Below are positions 27,828 to 37,827 of a DNA stretch of 64,000 bases, piece after piece (within the stretch, counting starts at the first letter, position 1; every line of letters starts with the position of its first letter). The stretch comes from Bacteroidales bacterium (GTDB lineage: Bacteria; Bacteroidota; Bacteroidia; Bacteroidales; UBA7960). Made by a program: the position numbers and the translations under genes. Below the pieces are notes generated by a model that saw only the letters and a list, made by a program, of their open reading frames with translations, was not told the DNA's origin and did no database searches. The DNA lies in the NCBI GenBank assembly GCA_007118135.1, contig SKSE01000154.1:5465-69464 (forward strand). Reading direction: 5' to 3'.

Positions 27828-29378
27828 ATGAAATCTGAAAGAAAGGAAATGGTTCATAGGTTAAGAAGGTTAAAAAAGCCAATTACTATCGCAAATATTT
27901 TACTGATTATTACTACTTTGCTTTCTGGTGTTAACATTGAAAGTAACGAAAAATACTGCGGCGGTGATTTATGGGAGCCTTTAAACAAGATGAACCAAAG
28001 TTCGCGTGATGTTACCAGTTTAACAGCTATTGACAGAAAGGTTGAAAATATCATGGATGTTTTTCGTAAAGCTCTCCCGTTTAATCCTCCCAAAGGATTT
28101 GCGGTAATGCCAGGTGTACAATACCTGAAAACTCTGGATTTACCAGGTAACACATACAAACCTGAACCAGTACAGTTTAGAATAGCAGTTCGAATGCCGC
28201 CCCAGAGCAGAGATATAGTTGCAGGTGTTAATGTTTGGATAAACGATCCTTATAATATATTGGGAGAGCCATTGCTTTCTGACAATCAGGGCGATATTTT
28301 CCTTTTACCTCCTGATGTCGGAATAATGGGCAGACAAAAAATCGTGAGCCGCATGGCACATCCTCCAGGGTATAATAATGAATACCCCTGCAGCAGTATT
28401 TACCCGTTATGGTCGCCTGTACAGGAACCCTTTCTGCGTTCGGTTGTAAGACCGTCATTCGGACTTGCAAAATCTACCGTAACTACCATTTTCACTGCTG
28501 GTAACCGACCTTTTTGGAAACCGGTGTCGCAGGAGCGCTGGATTAATGCTATGATTGCTCATGCAGAAAAAATGGTAAATGACATTACGGCCGGTGTTGA
28601 AGCAGCTGATGATACCAATTTTACTGAACAACAGGTAAGCCAAATGAAGCTATACATCGAAAGAATGAAAGAGCTGTATACGGAAGAAAATATCAAAAAA
28701 ACTTACCGGGATGCAATAGAAAGGCTTATGCCTGTTTATGAAATGATGAAGCAGAATGATCCTGAACAGGCAGAAGAGTTATACAAGCATTCGATCGGAG
28801 GCATGGAAAAAGCAATGGAGGAACAATTAGCGATTGCTGTTGAAAAATATGAGGAAATCGAAGAAATGGAGCAGAAATTGATTTCGGCACTCTTACAACG
28901 TGAAGATATAATGCAACAAATAAAAGCTGCAGTTGAAAATCAAAACTGGGATAAGCTTGATGATTTGGCAGATGAGCATAATCTTGATAATTTAAAACTA
29001 ATTGCTGATGCTGGAAGGTCAATCAAACGGCTTCGTAACGAGCTGGCAGCGTTATCTCCTGCTGAACGAAGAGCACCCGCATTCGGATTCCTTATTCCTG
29101 ATGTACATCCGCTGGGAACACAACGGCAGGTAATGGCAATGGTATTTGAAGCAGAGAGGGCATCAGGATTGGTGCCTGCCAATGCAAGGGGAGCAAGGGC
29201 CATTGTGAGTATAAAACCGGAATTCTTCAACTTCTCCGATAATCAGGCACCCATTAAACTTATGACTATAGAATATTGGGGAAAAAACACAATCACATAC
29301 GATAATAACAGGAGAAACCTGATCAACGATATTTGGAATTATCTTAACTGGCAGGAATTAAAAGCTATGGTAAATTGA
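27828..29378 (+). CDS. Hypothetical membrane-anchored protein, 516 aa, with a central acidic coiled-coil
   Basis: Basic N-terminus plus one TM (ITIANILLIITTLLSGV). Residues ~260-400 are E/K/Q-rich and helical. No family motif recognised. Confidence 0.55.
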   Translation: MKSERKEMVHRLRRLKKPITIANILLIITTLLSGVNIESNEKYCGGDLWEPLNKMNQSSRDVTSLTAIDRKVENIMDVFRKALPFNPPKGFAVMPGVQYLKTLDLPGNTYKPEPVQFRIAVRMPPQSRDIVAGVNVWINDPYNILGEPLLSDNQGDIFLLPPDVGIMGRQKIVSRMAHPPGYNNEYPCSSIYPLWSPVQEPFLRSVVRPSFGLAKSTVTTIFTAGNRPFWKPVSQERWINAMIAHAEKMVNDITAGVEAADDTNFTEQQVSQMKLYIERMKELYTEENIKKTYRDAIERLMPVYEMMKQNDPEQAEELYKHSIGGMEKAMEEQLAIAVEKYEEIEEMEQKLISALLQREDIMQQIKAAVENQNWDKLDDLADEHNLDNLKLIADAGRSIKRLRNELAALSPAERRAPAFGFLIPDVHPLGTQRQVMAMVFEAERASGLVPANARGARAIVSIKPEFFNFSDNQAPIKLMTIEYWGKNTITYDNNRRNLINDIWNYLNWQELKAMVN

Positions 29379-29499
29379 TTTTCTCTATTTACAGGATAAT
29401 ATTATTATAAAGTTAAGCAGAAATCAGATTTAGCTCAAAATATAAGTACTAATGACTAATAGATTAAAAACTAAAAGCATTTAAGTGGAGGACAAAACA

Positions 29500-30360
29500 A
29501 TGGAAAAAAGAATGAAAAAATTTTCAGTTCTGGTAACAATAATTATTATTGTCATAACGCTTCCGGGTATTGCACAGGATGTAACAGAACACCCTCTAAT
29601 TCGTCCTTTCCCCGGTTCAACATTTGATGATCAACGATCAGAAGAATTGAGTTTTGGTGAGTTTGATTTTAGAGTTGGTACACCTCCAAGAGATTATACT
29701 ACCGTAAACATTAGAGGAGTAAAACGAACCCTACGATACTTTCTGTATAATGAAGATGGAACACCCAACAGTAACGTATCCCAGATCGAATACTTCGAGA
29801 ACTACAAAGCTGCTGCATTGCAGCGGGGTGGAACAATTAAATGGGAAGACAGACACTATGGTCTGGTTTTTACCATTCCAAGAGAAGATGGAGGTATTAC
29901 ATGGTGTCGGGTTACAGTTTCAGTAGGTCCTGCCAGGACTACATTAAACATTATTGACGAAGAACCGCTTTTAACATCACTGGAGTTTACTCCCGACCAG
30001 ATGATGGATGCACTCAACGCCGATGGCAGAATTGCTCTTTATGGTATCTTTTTCGATTATGACAGTGCTACACTTCAGCAGGCATCTGCTAGCCAGCTTC
30101 AGGATGTTATCACTCTGTTGCACAACAATCCTGGTTTGAGATTAGAGATTCAAGGACATACAGACAGTGATGGAAGTGCCGATTATAATCTGCAACTTTC
30201 ACAGCGACGTGCCGAGTCTGTCAGGCAGTATCTCTTGCTTTTTGGTATTGAGCCCTTACGCCTGCAGGCAAAGGGGTATGGTGAAGCAATACCTTTGGTG
30301 CCAAATACAAGCGATGAGAATAAAGCCAAAAATAGAAGAGTAGAACTGGTAAAAAAATAA
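29500..30360 (+). CDS. OmpA-family protein with an uncharacterised N-terminal domain
   Basis: Signal peptide MKKFSVLVTIIIIVITLPGIAQ. The start is ambiguous between 29485, 29500 and 29512. Classical OmpA C-domain FFDYDSATL...GHTDSDGSADYNLQLSQRRAESV...NRRVELV. Confidence 0.8.
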   Translation: MEKRMKKFSVLVTIIIIVITLPGIAQDVTEHPLIRPFPGSTFDDQRSEELSFGEFDFRVGTPPRDYTTVNIRGVKRTLRYFLYNEDGTPNSNVSQIEYFENYKAAALQRGGTIKWEDRHYGLVFTIPREDGGITWCRVTVSVGPARTTLNIIDEEPLLTSLEFTPDQMMDALNADGRIALYGIFFDYDSATLQQASASQLQDVITLLHNNPGLRLEIQGHTDSDGSADYNLQLSQRRAESVRQYLLLFGIEPLRLQAKGYGEAIPLVPNTSDENKAKNRRVELVKK

Positions 30361-30429
30361 TCGGTTAAGAACATGAAAGCTATGCGAATTTTATTTTAAA
30401 CTACTCTTTGTCAATTAGGATAATATCAT

Positions 30430-30437
30430 TATCTTTG
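30430..30437 (+). promoter_or_regulatory. -7 box TATCTTTG upstream of rpmG
   Basis: TAnnTTTG match 40 nt upstream of the ATG. Confidence 0.5.
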
Positions 30438-30476
30438 CGCTCCTGAAAATAAAACCTTAAAATACGTCAAAATAAA

Positions 30477-30665
30477 ATGGCAAAGAAAACGAAAGATGCA
30501 AGAGTGCAGGTGATTCTGGAATGCACTGAGCACAAGACCAGCGGGATGCCCGGAACTTCAAGGTACATAACCAAGAAAAACAAAAAAAATACTCCCGACA
30601 GGCTTGAACTTAAAAAGTACAATCCGATTTTAAGAAAAATGACTGTTCATCGCGAAATAAAATAA
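30477..30665 (+). CDS. rpmG: 50S ribosomal protein L33
   Basis: 62 aa. MAKK...[12 protein letters not shown]....[30 protein letters not shown] is the L33 pattern. Confidence 0.9.
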   Translation: MAKKTKDARVQVILECTEHKTSGMPGTSRYITKKNKKNTPDRLELKKYNPILRKMTVHREIK

Positions 30666-30673
30666 TTTGAATT

Positions 30674-30829
30674 ATGGCAAAGAAAGTAGTTGCAACACTG
30701 AAAACCGACACAGGTAAAGGATACGCAAAAGTTATCAGAATGGAAAAATCACCCAAAACCGGTGCTTACGCTTTTAAAGAAGATATCGTAGCTGCCGATA
30801 AGGTGAAAGAATATTTTGCTAAGAAATAA
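30674..30829 (+). CDS. DUF4295-family small protein (51 aa), not in the ORF track
   Basis: Hand translation: MAKKVVATLKTDTGKGYAKVIRMEKSPKTGAYAFKEDIVAADKVKEYFAKK. It lies 8 nt after rpmG, the usual Bacteroidota arrangement. Confidence 0.75.
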   Translation: MAKKVVATLKTDTGKGYAKVIRMEKSPKTGAYAFKEDIVAADKVKEYFAKK

Positions 30830-30891
30830 GCAAACTCATTTCTTATTTTATCAGCTCAGGAAGCCTGTTTCTCTTTCCTGAAGCAAGAAAA

Positions 30892-30928
30892 GACTTCCAA
30901 AGTTTTGAAACTTCCGGAAGTCTTTTTT
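30892..30928 (+). terminator. Terminator after the rpmG-DUF4295 operon
   Basis: GACTTCC...GGAAGTC stem followed by TTTTTT. Preceded by a second hairpin, CAGGAA...TTCCTG, at about 30855-30885. Confidence 0.65.
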
Positions 30929-30931
30929 CAT

Positions 30932-30939
30932 TAACTTTG
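30932..30939 (+). promoter_or_regulatory. -7 box TAACTTTG upstream of ftsY
   Basis: TAnnTTTG match 59 nt upstream of the ATG. Confidence 0.4.
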
Positions 30940-30997
30940 CTCACTGATAATTAGGGCAATACTTAAGATTAATCAAGGCTTATTAATATAAATTCCA

Positions 30998-31951
30998 ATG
31001 GGATTATTTGATATTTTTTCCAAAAATAAGGAGCAGAAGCTCGATCAGGGTTTATCAAAAACCCGCGAAACATTCTTTTCTCGATTGGGTAAAGCAGTAG
31101 TAGGTAAATCAGTTGTGGATGCTGATGTGCTTGACAACCTGGAAGAGGTTCTCGTTACTTCCGATGTAGGAGTTGCCACCACACTTAAAATCATTGAGAG
31201 AATTGAAGAACGGGTAGCACGCGATAAATACCTGGGCACTGAGGACTTGAACCGTATTCTAAAAGAAGAGATATCATCGCTGCTGGCTGAAAACAAAAAT
31301 ATCGACTTTTCTGATTTTGGCATTGATAATATTGATGGTCCTTATGTTATTATGGTTGTGGGTGTGAATGGTGTTGGAAAAACCACCACCATTGGTAAAT
31401 TGGCCCACAAGTTTAAAGCTGCAGGCAAAACGGTAGTTTTGGGTGCTGCCGATACCTTCAGGGCTGCCGCCGTTGATCAGCTTACCATTTGGTCGCAAAG
31501 AGTGGATGTACCTGTGGTTTCGCAGGGTATGGGTGCCGATCCGGCTTCTGTTGCATTCGAAACGGTTTCCTATGCCAAACAGCATAACATCGATGTGGCC
31601 ATTATTGATACTGCAGGAAGGCTTCATAATAAAGTAAACCTGATGAATGAACTCTCCAAGATCAAGCGTGTGATGCAAAAGCATATCCCTGAAGCTCCCC
31701 ATGAAATTCTTCTCATTCTGGACGGTTCAACCGGTCAGAATGCATTTGAACAGGCCAAACAATTCACGGCCACCACCGAAGTGAATGCACTTGCCATTAC
31801 TAAACTTGATGGAACCGCCAAAGGTGGAGTTGTAATCGGTGTAAGCGACCAGTTCCAGATTCCCGTAAAATACATCGGAGTGGGAGAGGGCGTTGACGAT
31901 CTCCAGATCTTTGACCGGGAAGCTTTTGTAGAAACGTTGTTTAATGGGTAA
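30998..31951 (+). CDS. ftsY: Signal recognition particle receptor FtsY (short form)
   Basis: NG-domain motifs VGVNGVGKTTTIGKLA, DTAGRLHNK, LTKLDGTAKGG. Confidence 0.9.
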   Translation: MGLFDIFSKNKEQKLDQGLSKTRETFFSRLGKAVVGKSVVDADVLDNLEEVLVTSDVGVATTLKIIERIEERVARDKYLGTEDLNRILKEEISSLLAENKNIDFSDFGIDNIDGPYVIMVVGVNGVGKTTTIGKLAHKFKAAGKTVVLGAADTFRAAAVDQLTIWSQRVDVPVVSQGMGADPASVAFETVSYAKQHNIDVAIIDTAGRLHNKVNLMNELSKIKRVMQKHIPEAPHEILLILDGSTGQNAFEQAKQFTATTEVNALAITKLDGTAKGGVVIGVSDQFQIPVKYIGVGEGVDDLQIFDREAFVETLFNG

Positions 31952-33233
31952 AAAAAAACACATCAATATTATCACCCTGGGTTGTTCCAAAAACCTGGTG
32001 GATTCTGAAAAAATCCTGGGTCAGCTGCAACATGGTGATTTTAAAGTAAGCCATGATGCCGATGGTCCTGCAGATATTGTTGTGATTAATACCTGTGGTT
32101 TTATTCACGATGCCAAAACCGAATCCATTGACACCATTCTCCAATATACCGAAGCCAAAAAGCAGGGTCTGGTAAGTGAAGTGATAGTTACCGGTTGCCT
32201 GAGCCAACGTTACAAAGATGAGTTGAAAAAGGAGATACCTGAAGCCGATGCCTGGTTTGGTGTTGATGACCCCCAGGATATGTTTGCCTATCTGAAACAA
32301 AAATATTCAGCTGTCAGCCAGGAACGTTTCATAACCACTCCTACCCATTTTGCCTATCTTAAAATTGCTGAGGGCTGCGACCGCACATGTTCCTTCTGTG
32401 CCATACCTTTGATAAGGGGAAAGTTCAAGTCGCGCAAAATAGAAAGTCTTGTGGCGGAAGCAAAACAACTGGCGGCTCGTGGGGTGAAAGAGTTACTGTT
32501 AATAGCCCAGGATCTTACCTATTACGGATATGATCTGGAAAAACGAGCCATGCTGCCCGATTTGCTTAAGGCACTTATCCCTGTTGATGGTATTGAGTGG
32601 ATTAGGTTGCATTATGCCTATCCCAACAGGTTTCCCAGGGAAGTTATTGATATTATGGCTTCTGAGCCCAAAATTTGCCGTTACCTGGATATTCCGTTGC
32701 AACACATAAATGACAAGATTTTGCAGTCCATGCGCAGAAATACCACCAGGGCTGAAACCCTCAAGCTTTTGCAGGATTTTCGTGAAAAGATTCCCGATGT
32801 AGCTTTGCGAACAACACTTCTGGTGGGTTATCCGGGTGAGACGAAAAAGGATTTTGAAGAACTCCTGGAGTTTGTCAGAAGCACCCGTTTCGACCGGCTG
32901 GGAGTTTTTACCTATTCTGCAGAAGAGGGCACACGTGCATACACTCTGAAGGATACTGTCAGCCAAAAGGAAAAGAAACGCAGGGCTGAAGCGATTATGG
33001 AACTTCAGCAAACCATCTCACTGGAACTAAACCAGGAAAAGGTAGGGAAAGTATTTCGGGTGCTGATCGACAGGGCAGAGGGTGATTATTTTTCCGGCCG
33101 CACCGAGTATGATTCACCTGAAGTGGATAATGAAGTGCTTATTCCAAAGTCTTCCCAAATAAAAACAGGTGAGTTTTATGATGTAAAAATCTTATCTGTC
33201 GGGGAGTTTGAATTGTATGGGGAAATATTTTAA
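31944..33233 (+). CDS. rimO: Ribosomal protein S12 methylthiotransferase RimO
   Basis: MTTase N-domain (NIITLGCSKNLVDSE), radical-SAM motif CDRTCSFCAIP, C-terminal TRAM. 8-nt overlap with ftsY. Confidence 0.85.
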   Translation: MGKKKHINIITLGCSKNLVDSEKILGQLQHGDFKVSHDADGPADIVVINTCGFIHDAKTESIDTILQYTEAKKQGLVSEVIVTGCLSQRYKDELKKEIPEADAWFGVDDPQDMFAYLKQKYSAVSQERFITTPTHFAYLKIAEGCDRTCSFCAIPLIRGKFKSRKIESLVAEAKQLAARGVKELLLIAQDLTYYGYDLEKRAMLPDLLKALIPVDGIEWIRLHYAYPNRFPREVIDIMASEPKICRYLDIPLQHINDKILQSMRRNTTRAETLKLLQDFREKIPDVALRTTLLVGYPGETKKDFEELLEFVRSTRFDRLGVFTYSAEEGTRAYTLKDTVSQKEKKRRAEAIMELQQTISLELNQEKVGKVFRVLIDRAEGDYFSGRTEYDSPEVDNEVLIPKSSQIKTGEFYDVKILSVGEFELYGEIF

Positions 33234-33270
33234 TAGGTCCAGGAATTCCTAAATTACTTCCTGTATGTTT

Positions 33271-33693
33271 TTAACTATTCAAATCAATTGTGTCCCAATA
33301 TTCTCTGGGTGTTAAAATTTTAGTGTATTCAAATTCTGTTAACCGGAAATCCTGGGTGTTGCCGGTTATTAAATAATCTGCTGAGCTTATTGCTGCTAAT
33401 TCCAAAAATTTATTATCACTTGTATCTGCTAATACATCAACCTTACGATTTGTTTGATAAAATTTGGATATTTCACGAATCTTGTTTAAAACTACATCCG
33501 CATTTGTCTTGAAGTTCGGGAATCTCAGGAATTTTTCCCTATTCATTACTTCAAGATATTCTGAAAAAATTTCATCTGAAAGACATGTCTCCACTCTCTT
33601 TGTTAGCACCAAATGATATAGAATCATTGTTGGAATAGAGTTTGAAATTAAAGCAGAAACTATAACATTTGTATCAAGAATGAGTTTTTGCAT
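33271..33693 (-). CDS. PIN-domain toxin (TIGR00305-like TA toxin component)
   Basis: 140 aa. N-terminal LILDTNVIVSALIS and C-terminal ADYLITGNTQDF are typical of this PIN subfamily. Confidence 0.75.
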   Translation of the reverse strand: MQKLILDTNVIVSALISNSIPTMILYHLVLTKRVETCLSDEIFSEYLEVMNREKFLRFPNFKTNADVVLNKIREISKFYQTNRKVDVLADTSDNKFLELAAISSADYLITGNTQDFRLTEFEYTKILTPREYWDTIDLNS

Positions 33694-33910
33694 CTCTTAC
33701 AGCTTTTATTTCTGCATTAATTTCATCCATTGACATTTTTGATAAACCTTCTTGTTCTGCAATCGCATTACATTCCAGAAGTGCTTTTCTGGCATACTCT
33801 CTGCTAATCAAATCTACGAGGTCAGTAAATTTAATTTCTTCACTTCCAAGGTTATATTTTTTAAAATCAGTCTCACTTACTTTTATCTGCAATGTTCTCA
33901 TAAAATTCAA
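33674..33910 (-). CDS. Putative cognate antitoxin (78 aa, family not recognised)
   Basis: Overlaps the PIN gene start by 20 nt. Small and acidic. Assignment is by position only. Confidence 0.45.
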   Translation of the reverse strand: MNFMRTLQIKVSETDFKKYNLGSEEIKFTDLVDLISREYARKALLECNAIAEQEGLSKMSMDEINAEIKAVRDAKTHS

Positions 33911-34091
33911 AATTTGAATACCCTAATGTTTTTACTATAGTTTTTACGTAATGTTTGATTGCTCGAAAGCGTGCAATTTTTTCATCTACTATAACACAAA
34001 AATAGCTATAATACAGTAAAATAGCAATATTGAAGCAAATGAGCATTAATCAAAGAAGTAATGACCTAAAAGAGCTAAGGAATATCTCAAC

Positions 34092-34125
34092 TAAAAAGGC
34101 CACCGGAAAACCGATGGCCTTTTTT
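34092..34125 (-). terminator. Terminator downstream of PFOR (bidirectional shape)
   Basis: GGCCACCGG / CCGATGGCC stem (1 mismatch) flanked by A5 and T6. Confidence 0.65.
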
Positions 34126-34149
34126 AGATATAACAGAACAGAATGAATG

Positions 34150-37100
34150 CTATTTTGAGAAATCCATTTCAGCATATCTTCTGTAAGTATTATAGCGCCA
34201 TTTTGCGTTTTCTTCTGCAGCTTTGAAGAGTTCAGTAGCTTCCCTTGGAAATGCTTTCTTCAATGAGCTGTAGCGTACCTCGCTGCCAAGGAAGCTCTGG
34301 AACTTTGTCCAATCGGGCTCTTTAGAGTCGAGCTGGAACGGGTTCTTTCCTTCTGCTTCGAGCATGGGGTTATAGCGATACAATTGCCAGTAGCCTGCTT
34401 CAACGGCATCTTTGGTTTGGGTTTGTGTTGCACCCATACCGTTTCTCAAACCATGGTTGATACAGGGTGAGTAAGCAATGATTACTGATGGACCAGGATA
34501 AGCTTCTGCTTCGCGAACAGCTTTCAGGAACTGGTTCTGATTGGCACCCATACCTACCTGGGCAACATACACGTAACCGTAACTCATGGCCATAATTCCC
34601 AGGTCTTTCTTACGCACACGCTTACCGGCTGCCGCAAATTTGGCAATGGCACCTACGGGTGTTGATTTGGAAGCCTGACCTCCGGTGTTGGAGTAAACTT
34701 CGGTATCCATAACCAACAGATTGATATCTTCGCCGGATGCAATTACGTGGTCAAGACCACCGAATCCGATATCATATGCCCAGCCGTCACCACCAAATAC
34801 CCACACTGATTTTTTCACCAGGTATTGTTTCAGTGCCATGATGTCTTTGGCAATCTGGTTCTTCTCGTTTTTCAGAGCTTCAACAACTTTTTCGGAAGCT
34901 TCTTTGTTTTTCGAGCCGTCTTCTTTGGTATCAAGCCATGCTTTGAATGCTTCCTTGGTTTCAGCTTTCATATCATCGGCTTCCATACCGGTTTCCATAA
35001 AGCGTGCAATCCTTTCACGGATTTTACCAACTCCGGTAGCCATACCGAAACCGTACTCGGCATTATCTTCAAAGAGTGAATTTGCCCATGCCGGACCTTC
35101 ACCCTTACTGTTTATCGTATAAGGTGTTGCAGGTGCAGAACCACCGTATATAGAAGAACATCCAGTTGCATTGGCTACCATCATACGATCGCCGTAAAGC
35201 TGGGTGATAAGCTTGATGTAAGGTGTTTCACCGCAACCTGCACAGGCACCGCTGAACTCAAACAAAGGCTGTGCGAACTGGCTGTTCTTAACAGATTGTT
35301 CTTTGGGAAGAATGGTGTCTTTGTAGGTAACGTTCTTGCTGATGGTATCCCAGCGCTTATCTTCAATCATTTGAGAATCCAATGATTTCATTACCAGTGC
35401 TTTTTCCTTGGCAGGACATATATCAACACAGTTACCGCAACCAGTACAATCCAGCGGACTTAACTGCATACGGTATTTGTAACCGGCAAGTTTACCTTTT
35501 GTGATCTCAATTACGGGAGTATCAGTACCAATTTTCTTCATCTCTTCGTCATCCATAAGGAACGGACGGATTACAGAGTGAGGACAAACATAAGCGCACT
35601 GGTTACACTGGATGCAATGCTCAAGCTGCCATTCAGGAACATGAACTGCAATACCACGTTTTTCGTAGGCAGTGGTTCCGGGAGGGAAAGTACCATCTTC
35701 ACGATTCAGGAAAGCACTTACCGGAAGGTCATCACCTTTCTGGGCGTTGATGGGGAATACAATATCGCGAATAAACTCGGGAATATCAGTACGCTTCTTC
35801 GCAGCCTTCACTACAATATTCTTCCAGTCGGCAGGAATCGTTACTCTGATAACTTCTCCACCTTTATCAACCGCAGCATTGTTCATGCTTACAATCTCTT
35901 CACCCTTCATGCCGTATGACTTGCGGATAGCATCTTTCATTTCCTTTACCGTTTCGGAATAAGGAATTACTTCAGCTACTTTAAAGAAAGCCGATTGCAT
36001 GATGGTGTTGGTACGACCGCCAAGTCCGATCTCTTCTGCAATCTGGGTTGCATTGATGATATAGAAATTAATATCGTTGTCGGCCAGGTACTTTTTCATG
36101 TGGTCGGGCAGGCGTTTCTTGGTTTCTTCCTCATCCCAGATAGAGTTGAGAAGGAAAGTACCACCTTTTTTAAGCCCTTTGAGCATATCATATTTCTCAA
36201 GATATGCCGGAACATGGCAGGCTACAAAGTCAGCAGCGTTTACAAGATAGGGAGAACGGATGGGTGAATCACCAAAACGAAGGTGAGAAACCGTAATACC
36301 TCCTGACTTCTTGGAATCGTAGCTGAAATAACCTTGTGCATACTTATCGGTGGTATCACCAATGATCTTGATGGAGTTTTTGTTGGCACCAACAGTACCA
36401 TCGGCTCCAATGCCGTAAAATTTGGCAGCGTAGTTTCCTTTGGGAGAAACGTCAACCTCTTCGCCAAGGGGTAATGACTTGAAAGTAACGTCGTCGTTGA
36501 TACCCACAGTAAACTGGTTTTTGGGTTCCTTCATCTTGCTGTTTTCATAAACGGCAATGATGTGTCGGGGAGTAGTATCCTTTGAACTCAATCCGTAGCG
36601 ACCACCATATACTTCGGGAGCATCTTTCTTACCATAATAAATTTCGCGGATATCGAGGTACAAAGGATCTCCGTTGGCACCGGGTTCTTTGGTACGGTCG
36701 AGAGCTGTTATTCTTTTAACGGTCTTGGGCATAACCTTCAGCATGTATTTAGCTGAGAAAGGCCTGTAAAGGTGTACACTTACCAGACCCACTTTTTCGC
36801 CTTTTGCAACCAGATAATCGATGGTTTCCTTAATGGTCTCGGTAATAGAGCCCATGGCAACTACTACGTGTTCGGCATCTTTGGCACCGTAATAAGTAAA
36901 CGGATGGTATTCGCGGCCGGTAATTTTGGAAATTTCTTTCATGTAATCTTCAACCAGATCAGGAAGCACATCGTAGAAACGGTTAGCGGCTTCTCTTGAC
37001 TGGAAGTAGATATCGGGGTTTTGCGCGGTACCGCGGGTAACAGGATGCTCAGGATTAAGGGCGCGATCGCGGAACTCCTGAAGAGCTTTCATATCGAGAA

Positions 37101-37686
37101 GACCTTTTAGAGTTTCCTGGTCACATTCTTCTACTTTCTGAACTTCATGAGAAGTACGGAAACCATCAAAGAAATGGAGGAAAGGAACTCTTGATTTTAT
37201 TGCAGCAAGGTGAGCTATAGGAGCAATGTCCATAATTTCCTGAACACTACCGGTAGCCAGCATGGCAAAGCCGGTCTGGCGGGTGCTCATAACGTCGCTA
37301 TGATCACCAAAAATTGAAAGTGCCTGGGCAGCAAGGCTCCTGGCAGAAACGTGGAATACTCCGGGGAGCAACTCACCCGAAATCTTGTACATATTAGGAA
37401 TCATCAGTAACAATCCCTGCGATGCAGTATAGGTGCTGGTAAGAACACCGGCCTGGAGCGATCCGTGCACAGCTCCTGCTGCACCGGCTTCCGACTGCAT
37501 TTCAACCAATTTTACTTCTTCCCCAAAAATGTTTTTGCGTCCCTTGGCAGCCCACTCATCAACGTTTTCAGCCATATTGGAAGATGGCGTAATGGGATAA
37601 ATGGCTGCTACTTCACTAAACATGTAAGCAACATGTGATGCTGCATGATTACCATCACAAGTAATGAAATTTTTCTTTTTTGTCAT
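34150..37686 (-). CDS. nifJ: Pyruvate:ferredoxin (flavodoxin) oxidoreductase, single-polypeptide type, 1178 aa
   Basis: N-terminus ...CDGNHAASHVAYMFSEVAAIYPITPSS. Two ferredoxin motifs, CIQCNQCAYVCPH and CTGCGNCVDICP. TPP site GGDGWAYDIGFGGLDHV. Confidence 0.92.
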   Translation of the reverse strand: MTKKKNFITCDGNHAASHVAYMFSEVAAIYPITPSSNMAENVDEWAAKGRKNIFGEEVKLVEMQSEAGAAGAVHGSLQAGVLTSTYTASQGLLLMIPNMYKISGELLPGVFHVSARSLAAQALSIFGDHSDVMSTRQTGFAMLATGSVQEIMDIAPIAHLAAIKSRVPFLHFFDGFRTSHEVQKVEECDQETLKGLLDMKALQEFRDRALNPEHPVTRGTAQNPDIYFQSREAANRFYDVLPDLVEDYMKEISKITGREYHPFTYYGAKDAEHVVVAMGSITETIKETIDYLVAKGEKVGLVSVHLYRPFSAKYMLKVMPKTVKRITALDRTKEPGANGDPLYLDIREIYYGKKDAPEVYGGRYGLSSKDTTPRHIIAVYENSKMKEPKNQFTVGINDDVTFKSLPLGEEVDVSPKGNYAAKFYGIGADGTVGANKNSIKIIGDTTDKYAQGYFSYDSKKSGGITVSHLRFGDSPIRSPYLVNAADFVACHVPAYLEKYDMLKGLKKGGTFLLNSIWDEEETKKRLPDHMKKYLADNDINFYIINATQIAEEIGLGGRTNTIMQSAFFKVAEVIPYSETVKEMKDAIRKSYGMKGEEIVSMNNAAVDKGGEVIRVTIPADWKNIVVKAAKKRTDIPEFIRDIVFPINAQKGDDLPVSAFLNREDGTFPPGTTAYEKRGIAVHVPEWQLEHCIQCNQCAYVCPHSVIRPFLMDDEEMKKIGTDTPVIEITKGKLAGYKYRMQLSPLDCTGCGNCVDICPAKEKALVMKSLDSQMIEDKRWDTISKNVTYKDTILPKEQSVKNSQFAQPLFEFSGACAGCGETPYIKLITQLYGDRMMVANATGCSSIYGGSAPATPYTINSKGEGPAWANSLFEDNAEYGFGMATGVGKIRERIARFMETGMEADDMKAETKEAFKAWLDTKEDGSKNKEASEKVVEALKNEKNQIAKDIMALKQYLVKKSVWVFGGDGWAYDIGFGGLDHVIASGEDINLLVMDTEVYSNTGGQASKSTPVGAIAKFAAAGKRVRKKDLGIMAMSYGYVYVAQVGMGANQNQFLKAVREAEAYPGPSVIIAYSPCINHGLRNGMGATQTQTKDAVEAGYWQLYRYNPMLEAEGKNPFQLDSKEPDWTKFQSFLGSEVRYSSLKKAFPREATELFKAAEENAKWRYNTYRRYAEMDFSK

Positions 37687-37827
37687 AATTGTATTATTTT
37701 AAAACAGTCTTATTATAAGGCGTTTAGCATTAACATATTCACGGCGCAAAATTACTAAAAATAGTCCGAGAAATCAGCAATGGCAGCTTATTTATAACGA
37801 TTTCAAACAAGGGAAAAAGGAGAGTTG

